DNA from: Phoronis australis | Taxonomy: Eukaryota; Animalia; Phoronida | NCBI GenBank assembly: GCA_002633005.1 | Contig: NMRA01000102.1 | Coordinates: forward strand, 47,208-111,207 | Length of the DNA stretch: 64,000 nucleotides | Direction of reading: 5' to 3' | Shown: positions 37,534 to 48,761 of the stretch, piece by piece | How the letters are laid out: each line of letters opens with the position of its first letter | How positions within the stretch are numbered: the stretch's first letter is position 1 | The notes under the pieces: model-generated | What the model saw: only the letters and a program-made list of their open reading frames with translations | Told to the model about the DNA's origin: nothing | Database searches by the model: none | Translations under genes and position numbers: made by a program

Positions 37534-37733
37534 CTTAGCCAAGTAACTCCTTGCTTAGCCAAGTAACTCCTTGCTTAGCCAAGTAACTCCTTGCCTAGCC
37601 AAGTAACTCCTTGCTTAGCCAAGTAACTCCTTGCTTAGCCAAGTAACTCCTTGCTTAGCCAAGTAACTCCTTGCTTAGCCAAGTAACTCCTTGCTTAGCC
37701 AAGTAACTCCTTGCTTAGCCAAGTAACTCCTTG
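37534..37733. repeat. 20-bp tandem repeat, 10 copies
   Basis: Unit GCTTAGCCAAGTAACTCCTT. Confidence 0.97.
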
Positions 37734-38002
37734 TCCGTCAGTGTCTTGAAATAATTTATAGAAATTATCCCAGTAACTAGTATCTAGGTGTAAGTTCTCA
37801 GAGACTGCACCTTTTACTCAAGTGAGGTTTAATTGTTTTATATAAATAATTGTGTGGAGCCTCAGACCAAATGTCTGACTGAAATGTTAGGACTTCTGGA
37901 GTATTTCATATGACTTGTTATACTGTACAGAAGACCAAATGCAGTGTAGACCCTTCCAGGTAACATGAGCAAAAATCATCAACACCAGTCGTACTGTTTC
38001 AG

Positions 38003-38122
38003 ATTTACTCCAGAAGCCCGACAACCAACTGGTGATGAACCAAGCGGACACTTTCCGCAAAACGCAGGAGGACCGCTACTTATTGGACAGAACCATACCA
38101 TTTGTTGACTATGGAAAAGGCT
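38003..38122 (+). CDS. MYCBPAP: MYCBPAP exon (LLQKPDNQLVMNQADTFRKTQEDRYLLDRTIP...)
   Basis: CTGTTTCAG acceptor, GTAAGT donor, phase 1 to 1. Confidence 0.93.
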
Positions 38123-38669
38123 GTAAGTAGTTTTGAAAGTAACAATTGATTGTAGCCAACAGTTTCCTATCAACAGAAATACACCCTGGAAATTAGCCAT
38201 GAGTAAACATAGATGACTAATTAAACATAAAAATCTGGGACAAATGTGAACATCACCAGCCACATGGGTGTATATATGCCATTGGTAACAACTTATTCCT
38301 TACTCAGGTGGAAAGCAATTTCTTTGGAAAGAACTGACAGTTTGTTAGTGTTCAAGATCACCCTTAGCTCGTAAAAAAACCTGCTGTTACAAGCTACTTT
38401 TTTGAGTTATCTCAAGCAGCAATAAACTGTTGGTTCCTTGTACATTAAAATAAATTTTTAAGCTACCCCTAATGGACATGGGCAAGTGCTCTAGTACAAA
38501 GGACAAGTTTACTGCTCCTTTAAGTCAAAGAAAAATATTACAAATTATCATTAATGCATGAAGCCTCGGAAGTAGTCCTCAAATTTTTCATTAGCTGTTG
38601 ACATCTGTACAAGGCTGTGGTAAAGTGCGGTTAAGTTTTGTCACAAGATTTGTACTTTGTTTGTTACAG

Positions 38670-38733
38670 ATCGGGTTGGAAGTGAATTCTGGAAGCAGGC
38701 TGAACCTATTGGAAATGAGTTGACAGGGCTTCA
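38670..38733 (+). CDS. MYCBPAP: MYCBPAP exon (RVGSEFWKQAEPIGNELTGL)
   Basis: TTTGTTACAG acceptor, GTGAGT donor, phase 1 to 2. S.FW...E..G.E.TGL motif. Confidence 0.93.
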
Positions 38734-38997
38734 GTGAGTGTATGATTAAGCTGACCATTCTCAGTTGTTGGTGTTGCGTGATTTCGTTAATTCTTCACAT
38801 ATCCCGTGCAAAAATAGCTACCAAAAATGGTTGCCACTTCAAACTTCCAAATCGGTTTCTTGATGACATTTACTCAGTGCAAAGTAAGGTAAAGTATTCT
38901 ACAATTTTCATAGTCTTTATCTTTGTTGATCTGTTTGAAAAAATAATTTGTCGTAGTGCTTAATAGTTGAAGAATTTCCATGGTATTCAGGGAAGAC

Positions 38998-39448
38998 ATG
39001 AGTGGGCAGACCAAAAGTAAGACCTTAGAAATATCCAGAGTCATAATGAGTGGGTAAACCAAAAGTAAGACCCTAGAATTACCTAGAGTCCTAATGAGTG
39101 GGCAGACCAAAAGTAAGACACTATAACTACCCAGGGTCATAATGAGTGCCCAGACCAAAAGTAAGACCTCAGAAATATCCCGAGTCGTAATGAGTCAGGC
39201 CCATACCAAAAGTAAGACCCTAGAACTTCCCACAGTCATAATCAGGGGCAGATGAAAAGTAAGACACTTGAACTACCCAGGGTCACAAAGAGTGCACAGA
39301 GCAAAAGTAAGACCCTAGAACTACCCAGGATCATAATGAGTGGGCAGACCAAAGGTAAGACCCTAGAGTTACACTGGGTCATAATGAGTGGGCAGACCAA
39401 AACTAAGACCGTAGAATTATTCAGAGTCATAAATGTTCAGACCAAAAG
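38998..39448. repeat. ~49-bp diverged minisatellite, ~9 copies
   Basis: Unit approximately ATGAGTGGGCAGACCAAAAGTAAGACCCTAGAACTACCCAGAGTCATA. Confidence 0.92.
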
Positions 39449-39582
39449 TGTGTTGAGAATTGTGTATAATTTGCATTAAAATTTATTATTATTGTAGCAG
39501 TGTTACTAATTTGGGCAGTTATGTAAACTGTTAATTAATCCTTTAAAATGCCCTATTAGGTGTTTAAAAACCTATTTTTCAG

Positions 39583-39781
39583 TATGTCTCTGAACCAGAC
39601 CGATAGGGGTTACCCACCTGCCATCCTACATGTTGGGGTGCCGTCCTACATCAAAGAGGAGAAGGGCTCTCTGTTCTCCCAGTCAAGTAGTGTCAACTAC
39701 CCCTGGCACAAGTCTCGCTTCTTGGCAGAACGTCGCAAGCAACTACAGAATGTGATGAATGAACTTGACCCTCATCAGCCA
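39583..39781 (+). CDS. MYCBPAP: MYCBPAP exon (MSLNQTDRGYPP...RRKQLQNVMNELDPHQP)
   Basis: ATTTTTCAG acceptor, GTGAGT donor, phase 2 to 0. Confidence 0.94.
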
Positions 39782-40057
39782 GTGAGTACATGTGACCTAT
39801 TTTTGTTTATTAAATATCCGTTGCTATGGACAATCTCTTTGTGAGAATATTTTGCCTGTTCCTAGTCTAGCACTTCCAGCTCTGCCATTGTTAATGTGTG
39901 TAGAAATTTAGTTCCATTGTTGTTTTGCATTGTTTGTGTTGTAGAATATCATTAGATGTCCATCGTAATTTTAGTAATGTTCATGGGCACAGAAAATATT
40001 CAAATTGTGGGAAATTTAACCTGACAGTGTTTAAAATGTTTGCTTTGTTATTGACAG

Positions 40058-40176
40058 GAAATAGATGACCTTCAAGTGATTGGCTCCAGTCAGCCTTACC
40101 AGGCAGGCAAAGTGGATGAGCCTGATGTAGATGCTGATATTCTAAGGCCTGTAACTACGTCTTCTAGACCTGAAGA
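40058..40176 (+). CDS. MYCBPAP: MYCBPAP exon (EIDDLQVIG...SSRPE)
   Basis: TTATTGACAG acceptor, GTAAGC donor, phase 0 to 2. Confidence 0.92.
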
Positions 40177-40604
40177 GTAAGCTGTCTGCTGTAATTTAAT
40201 TTGTAGTCAGCTTTCAAATATTTTTTTCAATTTGTGCTTTCAGGTGAAACCTAATTTAACACATGATTTGACATTACAAGTAAAACACATGATTTGTCAT
40301 TACAAGTAACACTAAATATAATTGGACAAGATTCAAGGTTACCCAGAATTCTCTATCATGAGTATTGAGTGCAATAATCGCCCTCACAAGGGCTGAGTGC
40401 CCGTGAATTCAGAGCTGTTGGATTGATGAATCCTGATCTGTATTAAAAAATTTGTTCTTTTATTTTCGGCTTGTACTCTTGGTATTTGCACGTCCACCTG
40501 CTATCCACAACCTCAGTATCAGCTGAATGCTTTCAGTAGAAGGGTACACCTTCAGGGTTTCTGAAAATCACTGGGTTATCAAATTTGCCATGTGACTGTT
40601 TCAG

Positions 40605-40900
40605 CGACCCCCTGGCCAACTACCCTGATGTTTACCCTGCCCCTGTGTTTGGCCCATCCCTCCAGTTTGCTGGTCAGTCGGCACGCTGGACGGGAGATGA
40701 CTATTCTTTCAAGAGTGAGGTCGGCATCGAAGCTCGCGTCACTTTTGAAGCATTTGCGGGTGAGCGCATAACATCCTTCCTGGAAGTGAAAAACGATGGC
40801 ACAACATCAATGTACTACAGCTGGAAGAAGTTACCTAAGTCAAACCCATTCAATATGGTGAATGCTAAAGTGCAAAGGTTCTACTTCAATACCAGTAGTG
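40605..40900 (+). CDS. MYCBPAP: MYCBPAP exon (GPSLQFAGQSARW...NDGTTSMYYSW...QRFYFNTSS)
   Basis: CTGTTTCAG acceptor, GTAAGT donor, phase 2 to 1. Conserved core of the MYCBPAP family. Confidence 0.96.
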
Positions 40901-41147
40901 GTAAGTTCCTCCACTCATGTTACAGGTTAGTTATGTCATGCGGGTGAAACATTTTGCCTTTAGTGCTTGACTTACAATAATTATTGGTTTCTGCGGCATT
41001 CATGGTTATGGTGTACAGCTACAAAATAGTGTTGCTTTATTTGAGAAGCAATCATATTGTCAAAATTTTATTATTTAGAAAATAAAGCTGGCTGTTACGT
41101 TCCTTTGTAGTCAATGCATTGTCCTGTTTCTGATTGTACCTGTATAG

Positions 41148-41335
41148 GTGTTATTCTCCCTGGTGACACCACGAAGTTCCCGTTTGTGTTCAAGTCGCCC
41201 AATGCTGGCGTTTTTAGTGAACAGTGGCAGTTTGAGACCCGACCTGTGGTCTGTGGTGGCGCCGCCCTAGTGGTGACCCTTAGAGGTGTGGCCCTGCAGG
41301 AAGACAAGTACAGGAGGCAGAGAACGGAGCTAGAG
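41148..41335 (+). CDS. MYCBPAP: MYCBPAP exon (GVILPGDT.KFPFVFKSPNAGVFSEQWQFETRP...)
   Basis: CCTGTATAG acceptor, GTTAGT donor, phase 1 to 0. GVILPG..F.F.FKS..AGVF.E.W.F.T.P signature. Confidence 0.96.
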
Positions 41336-41482
41336 GTTAGTGTAAATACCAGGTCTGGCTTCTCTGCGGTACATTCATTTGACTATTCATTTTGTTGAAC
41401 ACTTTAGTTCAAAAGCATGTGGTCAAGTGTAACAGTTAAACTATGCAGAAGAATTGCATAACTGTTCAAGTGATACCTATTT

Positions 41483-41707
41483 ATTGATGATGATATTATC
41501 ATTACTGGCGATGTGGTGCTCACTTATTGATGATGATAATATCGTTACTGGCGATGTGGTGCTCACTTACTGATGATGATAATATCATTACTGGCGATGT
41601 GGTGCTCACTTACTGATGATGATAATATCATTACTGGCGATGTGGTGCTCACTTACTGATGATGATAATATCATTACTGGTGATGTGGTGCTCATTTATT
41701 GATGATG
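41483..41707. repeat. 43-bp minisatellite, ~5 copies
   Basis: Unit TGATGATGATAATATCATTACTGGCGATGTGGTGCTCACTTAC. Confidence 0.94.
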
Positions 41708-41995
41708 CCCGTCCCATTTCTAATGAAATCATGTGAAAGAGACAAATCATTGGTTGAGTAGGGAGTGTTATCATCAATGTAGACATTAGACTAAACTCAG
41801 TCAATGTTGTTCTTTTGATGTCATAACACAATGTTTCTTGGCAGGTTTTTTATTTAGTGACAATTTTTGTGAAGTTTTAAATCAGCTTTTAAAAATTCTT
41901 TGGACCAAGTTGACATCAGATTTATGATTCAATGGTCGTTTGTAGTAGCAGAAATTTGGTTGTGTAGAGTTTTTCATAACATCTTTTGTCAACAG

Positions 41996-42142
41996 GAGGA
42001 ATTGGCTCATCGTCAGACAACGCGTTTGATTGAACAGATCATGAATGATGTCATAGATGGTATAAAAACGCCCGATCGAGTGAGCTCCCCTGTGGATACG
42101 TATATCACCGAAGAAGAGATATTCAACAAGAGAAATCCTGGG
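41996..42142 (+). CDS. MYCBPAP: MYCBPAP exon (EELAHRQ...TPDRVSSPVDTYITEEEIFNKRNPG)
   Basis: TTGTCAACAG acceptor, GTAGGA donor, phase 0 to 0. TP.R..SPVD.Y.TEE..F..RNP motif. Confidence 0.95.
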
Positions 42143-42809
42143 GTAGGACTTTACTATCATAAATTGTGCTTTTAATTGGTTTGACAAACAGCCTGAGTAT
42201 CCACATTTAATTATATTTTGCTGTGAAAGGTTTTTCTTCAGTTGTACTGTGTGTGCTGCGTACATCATTATGTTTATTAACTATATCGTTAATATATCCA
42301 AAGTGCCAATTTGACCCAAATGATTGTAATTTCTCCAGGTTTTGATATTAAAACTTTGCAAATAAAAGAAAAATCTATTATCTTGAATCAGTGTGTAGCA
42401 TTTCTTTAATTTCATGACTCAGTTTACACAGGTTATGTACATTTTTGTAAGTGGACCACGGGTCTTTGTTTTATAGAGCAATAGGAAGAGATAAAATACC
42501 AACTTCATATGCTTGCTACAGTTTGTTTGAGAATTTCTGTCCTGATAAGATTTTATACATGCACACGTCTTTTGGAGTTTTTGGCACCACTGGCTATTCC
42601 AAATGATGAGAAGTTGTCCAGTAACTTGTAGTCTTCTTAATGTGCCAGGCCGTGGTATTAGATTCCTTTCATGCAAGCTGTGTTGAAATGAATTACTGCT
42701 ACACAGGACATGACATGGAACATTGAATTGTTAATTATTTTTTTCTTATCTCTTTGTATTGTCTTAACACCAACCTGTTTGTAAATTGCATCACCGCTTA
42801 TTTTTGCAG

Positions 42810-42968
42810 ATGCACTATGACAGTGAATTAGTGAGGTCACTTCAAGGCCTCCATGAAGAAATGTACAAGAAACCAGAGGAGGAGGAAGTGGTTGCCGATG
42901 GAGAAGAGAATATGGTTACACCTCCTGCTATCCCTGAGTGGGATCACTCATTGAATAGTTTGAAACTT
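42810..42968 (+). CDS. MYCBPAP: MYCBPAP exon (MHYDSELVRSL...WDHSLNSLKL)
   Basis: TTTTTGCAG acceptor, GTGAGT donor, phase 0 to 0. Confidence 0.93.
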
Positions 42969-43307
42969 GTGAGTATCATGCCTACACATGGTTAGACATT
43001 AGACTGTGCAATATCTAGGTTTTTATGCGCACATTTGTTTAGAGTACCCACCATTGTTCACAAAAAGTACAGAGAGCTGTCTTCATTTTGACTAGGATCT
43101 GAGCTCCATCGTCTGTAAGTTGTGGTACTTGAACTACAAATGGCTGTTAATGACGGAGGTCAGATGTAGATATTTGTGTACATATAACTCTTGCAGAGCA
43201 GTAACCCAAATCATTAAGTTTTCAGTTTGAACAACAGTGAATGTCTTTGTGTTTTAGTTATTTTGTAAAAATGTTTTTATGTATATGGCACATTTTCTAA
43301 TCCTCAG

Positions 43308-43432
43308 TCCATTTTGGATCTAAATGAAGATGACCCACGAAAGGAAGACCTCCTCCAGAGACTCAATCTCATTGTGATATCGCTCTCCTTTCCACCATTC
43401 TCACCCATACAGCAGCGCTTGTACACTGTGGG
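43308..43432 (+). CDS. MYCBPAP: MYCBPAP exon (SILDLNEDDPRKEDLLQRLN...)
   Basis: CTAATCCTCAG acceptor, GTAAGT donor, phase 0 to 2. Confidence 0.92.
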
Positions 43433-44100
43433 GTAAGTGGTTTTACAATGACTAAGTCAACCCCCATTTTAAATGTCCACTCTTTAATAAGGGGATTGTC
43501 AACATTTTTGTTGTGTTTTCACAAAAACTGCATTTCTAAATCCTTGTTCTTTTGGAGAAAAGTTCCAATATTATTTACTTTTCTGCGGTTCTTAATAAAT
43601 ACGCATGAAATAACAGGGAAATTAGCTTAGTTCGAACAAAAATTATTTTTCACATCTTGTTTAATCGTGACTTCACTAATTGTATGCAGCCTATGTTTGT
43701 CACCATCTGAGTTGTGTTGACTGCATGAACAATTAGGATGCGGGTAACATATTGTTGGGCTGGCTATGTCACATCACTATGCATAATTAATGCAGACTAG
43801 TGCTGGATCTATGAACAGGTGTTCAACTGGTTTAATCCCCCCTCAGGGGAGACAACCAAAACAATAATCTACCTGCACAAAACATTGTTGCCAGCATGAC
43901 TGACTCCTTCACAAAATCATAGATCTATCAGTCACTGAGGGAAACAGTCATCAAAGCTAAAATATATGTCTTTGGCAGGTAATTGTATTTTTAGTAAAGA
44001 CATCTTTAATATTCATTTTTCTCTTTCATGGCTAAGCACTGGATACATGATGTGAATGAAAAATTATTTACATCAATTAGACCAGTTGTATTAGGTGTCG

Positions 44101-44400
44101 GTAACATGTGCAGGAGTGTACACTGTGACTTGGTATATTAGGAGGTGTGGGTAACATGTACATGAGTGTACACTGTGACTTGGTATATTAGGAGGTGTAC
44201 GTAACATGTACATGAGTGTACACTGTGACTTGGTATATTAGGAGGTGTACGTAACATGTACATGAGTGTACACTGTGACTTGGTATATTAGGAGGTGTAC
44301 GTAACATGTACATGAGTGTACACTCTACTTGCTATATTAGGAGGTGTACGTAACATGTACATGAGTGTACACTGTGACTTAGTATATTAGGAGATGTGGG
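44101..44400. repeat. 50-bp minisatellite, 6 copies
   Basis: Unit GTAACATGTACATGAGTGTACACTGTGACTTGGTATATTAGGAGGTGTAC. Confidence 0.95.
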
Positions 44401-44591
44401 TGAATGAGGCATATGAAATGGAATGATTCGTTGTAAAAAAGTGTAATGTGTAAAAAAATTATTAGAAGCATTACGTTTGCTTTATTTCCACACTTGGCAG
44501 TTTTTGTATAACCATGCTCACAGTATGAAATTGAAAGATGTTGATGCTATTTAGCCTGCTCATAGTACGCTACCTGTTCATTGTCCTGCAG

Positions 44592-44698
44592 ATACCAGCA
44601 GTTGTCTGATGTGATAGAGCACATTGTCAATACCTCGTCAGTGTTACGACAGATTCTTGGATTACCAGAAAAAGAACTAGAAGAGGATGAAGGTCTCC
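44592..44698 (+). CDS. MYCBPAP: MYCBPAP exon (YQQLSDVIE...RQILGLPEKELEEDEGL)
   Basis: GTCCTGCAG acceptor, GTAAGT donor, phase 2 to 1. LGLPEK motif. Confidence 0.92.
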
Positions 44699-45181
44699 GT
44701 AAGTATTATGTTCTTGACATTTATTATTCATAATTAGACCATTTTTTACATTAACCTTAATTTTATATCCTAGGTTAGTCGTATCTATATCCATAATTGT
44801 TTTACTGACATACTCCTTGTTGTATGAGACTAATAATTCTTACTTATACTCATTGCTGTGTTCATTTTGTTTTCGTTGAAGCCCGTGTTACTCCCATTTT
44901 GTCACCCCATTTTGTCCTCAAGGACTCAAACTTTTTGTTCAGAATTTCTGGCTGCTGTCCAACTTGTGCAAATCATTGTGCTAACAAATCGAAACTGTCA
45001 ACATGTGTATTAATTTTGCTATTGAGAACTGATTTGTGGATTCTTTGTCTACCATTTATTTCAACGTCAGGATGGAATATTGCAATGTTTAATTCAAAAC
45101 ATTTGCAGTTTGACACATGCCAGTGTTGATACTAGATCAAAAAGTTCTATTTTTTACTAACAGAGTTGTTTTGTTTTCTAG

Positions 45182-45217
45182 TTACGAGGAGTGAATCTGT
45201 CACTTCGGCCGATCTGG
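45182..45217 (+). CDS. MYCBPAP: Candidate 36-nt cassette exon (TRSESVTSADL)
   Basis: TACTAAC branch point (45155-45161), TTGTTTTGTTTTCTAG acceptor, weak donor TGG|GTAGTG, phase 1 to 1, no stop. Confidence 0.45.
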
Positions 45218-46849
45218 GTAGTGTTTTTTTTGTTTCTCCGTCTTAAAAACCCGTAGCCTCTTGCACACAAACACACACGCACACACCGTGACACACACAC
45301 ACACACACACGCACACACACCTGCAAGTCTATGCACTCCTCTGTATTTAACTGTCATTCCTTTGTGTTGGAGAAGCCAGCCTGGCAGATTTGATCCTTCA
45401 CAATCAGATGCTCGCACAGTTTGCTTTCATGGCTTTAAAGCCTGACTGACCTTTGACCTCCCTGCTTGCCCCCCCCCCCCTCCCCCCTGCTGTCTTTGTA
45501 CATGACCACAGTGCCACCTCTTCAGTCGTCACCCACTATACCTGTAGCATCGAACTTGTTCTTCATGAAAGTCACTAGTCGCTTTATAGTCCCTGCTTGT
45601 TTGAATGCTTTTCATTGCCTGTGTTGTTAGGACCACAATATAGGCCTGGTTACAAAGCCCTACACTATACAATTGTAAGAAGGCACAATACCTAGGTTGA
45701 TTATTGTTTTATAATTAAAATTGTGGCTGATTGTCTTCACATTGTCTCACGTCAGTCATGTTACTTTAGCTGCTATCAGTGAGGAGACATTTTCTAGTAT
45801 TGTCGAAGTGACTCGAGCTATCAAACGGGTTGATGGTTCTAGTAAGTATAAATAGTGTGTGTTATATTCAGTTAGTGAAGCAGTTAGTTTCAATATATGT
45901 TTTTGGTGTGACTGTGCTGGTTCTTTAGTTCCTACTCAGTCACGGACCCTTTTATGTCTCACAACAAGTAGAATTAGATTTATTGACATTTTGTTATCAG
46001 CTGGCTAATCAATAAGCCTTAGTGAATCGGGCTCCTTAGAAATTGTGTGGTGTATTTTGTAATCTCTACTGTTGTCAGATGTGTAATTTGACATTATTTT
46101 TAGACCTGTATCATGGAAAGATGATAAAAATATGAAATGGATCCTTTGCTTTTGCAGGGATTGTACCTTTTCTCAGTCATGTAAAACTACAGTAGTTCCA
46201 CTGTCAGTCATGTAAAACTACACACACATTCAATTCTTGTCTTATTAGAGTAGTTCCAAAGTCAGTCAGTTATAAGACTACTTCCAGTCACACACTGCAG
46301 TATTATGCAAATATACTGCAAATATACACACAGTTAAATTTATTAGTTAATATTTTACACAAGGTCAACTGTAGACGTGTACATTAATTTTTGTACTGAC
46401 ACAAATACAAATGAGGACTGTATGATTACACTCATACACACAGAAGTAAACCACATTATTCAGAATATCTCATGTTTGCATGCATTCACGCTGTCAAAGG
46501 TTTTGTAGAAACTAAAGACTTTTTCAATGACTTCACAGTTTTTTTTTGCCGGACAGCTCATGAATTGTGACTATGTTTATCACTCTCCACCAATTACCTT
46601 GTAGTGTTTGTATGGGTAGTTTAATTTGTCGCATGATTATAAATCACCTATAAGTTGTTCAGTTATCTTTAAAGGTAAGTTTGGTCATTGGTTTCTTTTT
46701 TAGTTTTTTATTTGCCGCTTGAGTGATGTGTTATGTGGTATATAAACACACAACTTTTTGTGCGATGGTATTAAGTCCTTTGAAAAGTTTTGTGCCACAT
46801 TCTGTCCCTTGTATTTTAGCTGTGATCTTATTAGTTTTATGTTTCTCAG

Positions 46850-46882
46850 ATTTTACAGATAGCTTGGAATCGTTAGTGGATG
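46850..46882 (+). CDS. MYCBPAP: Candidate 33-nt cassette exon (FTDSLESLVD)
   Basis: TTTTATGTTTCTCAG acceptor, strong donor ATG|GTATGT, phase 1 to 1. A second in-frame acceptor lies 9 nt downstream. Confidence 0.55.
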
Positions 46883-48761
46883 GTATGTTAAACATGTTCT
46901 CATTAAAACTCATTGATTGAATACCATATATTTCTGAGTGCGCCAAAAACTTTTAAAGTTCCTGAAAAGCACTTTTTTGTTCCAGGTTTGAAAATGATCA
47001 CGTAACGTAGTTCCTGAATACCACTATTTGCCTGGGCTGAATCAACCATGTTTTTGTGCCTCAAACTTGAGTTATACTCAGTGTACATGAATCAGGTTTT
47101 GGTGGTCTGAAATCGTTATGAAGTCTTGAGCCCGTACAATTTGATCTGTCCCAACCCCCCAACGAGGGGCCCCTGCAGCCTAATGTTTGTGTAACAGGAG
47201 CCTAAGCTGTTGTGGCACTACTTACCTGTCACTGTTGCTGGCTGTAGTGGCACTACTTACCTGTCACCATTGCTGGTTATTTCATGTAGAAGAACATGGT
47301 ATTGAGTATGGTATCAGTGAACTTGTAGTTTTGTTAACTATAGGTGATTATAGCAAGCAAGTTTGGCATATTTATTATATTTTAAGGAAGTGTTGAGTCA
47401 CTACTAAAAGGATGTGGCAAGGAAAGTAACAATAAAAGGCTGACAATCAGTTTGGTTGGTAACTAAGTGTTGGAAATGACGACAGAGTTCCTAAAACACT
47501 GGAGTCAGTGCCCGATGAGCCAGTCACTCATCTCGTGCTTACCGTTTTTTGCTTTCTTTTTACGTTTTGTGTTTTGTGTTTTATGTTTTGTTTCCATTAA
47601 TTTTCATGGATAAAAAACATTTTAAATGAGCAAAAGTCAAACAGAATTTTTATCAGTCCAATGAAACCTAATCTGTGTACCTACATGAGTAGAAGTTTGC
47701 AGGAGTAAAAGTTTACCCAACATAAAAAGTTCCAAACTAGACAGTCATGTAGCCTCTCTTCTAGTTATTCAGTTGTAGACGAGATCTTCATTTTCCTCAG
47801 TTCAAGCAACTTCACGCACTAACAGGAAAAAGTAGAGTATAGATTTATGGAAAGTTCAGCAAGGGCAATGTCCTTCTCCTGTTGTGTATTGCACTGTGTG
47901 GCTATATCTTGGTAACTGTCAGAATACATTACTGGCTTTACTTGCCAATCAGAAGCATGAACTTAGGAATGATTAGATGATGATATACCATGTGCTAGTC
48001 AAGGTTGTTTAACCTGTCACATAGTCACTGGATTTGTGTTCAGATTTGAGTTTAACGGTGTAAATTAGCGATTTTTATAAAAATGTAATGTCAAATGTTT
48101 TTGATATATTTCTAACTATGTGACACTACGTGGTTAAATGACACTGACTCTATTTAAAGTGGTTTGCATAATGCAAAATATCTTAGCATCCAATAGTAGA
48201 CACAAGGCCCTTTCATACTGACTTAACTCTGGTCTGAGCAGAGTGTCGACATAAACTGCGAAGATAACTTAACTGTTCATACCGGACATTGAAGTAAACA
48301 GCAGGTGATGCTGCTGTCATCGAAATAATTGCAAGGTGGCGCCTCAGGCTGAGATTTGGGAACATTTACATGTGCTAATGCAACAGGGGGCGTTGAGTAG
48401 TGAAGCAACCTTATAGAGAAGTCTCCAAGAGTTAGCTTTATAATTTGTTTAAAATTGTACAAATGGTGAAAAATACTGGGCTGAGATTCATTATTGAAGC
48501 TACGGAATACACAGAAACTAACAAAGTCAGTTTTGGAGAGTCTGTCCTATGGTTATACTACGTCTGGATTTTATAAAGGAATGACTTGGGCAAACTGATT
48601 CCGACCTCTGACTACCTGCTTACCTGCTTACTCTGGGTCACCCACTGCCATGTGTTTTGTGGTGGCACATCAATAGCACCAACACCACCATGTTTTAAGT
48701 TTGAAAGGACTGTTGTCAACACTTGAATACTAAATAGACCACGCTATAGAGATTTAAAAAT

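Noticed and set aside
47290-47310. Additional 9- or 21-nt phase-1 microexon
   Set aside because: Weak pyrimidine tract and weak donors (GTATTG, GTATCA); not distinguishable from chance.
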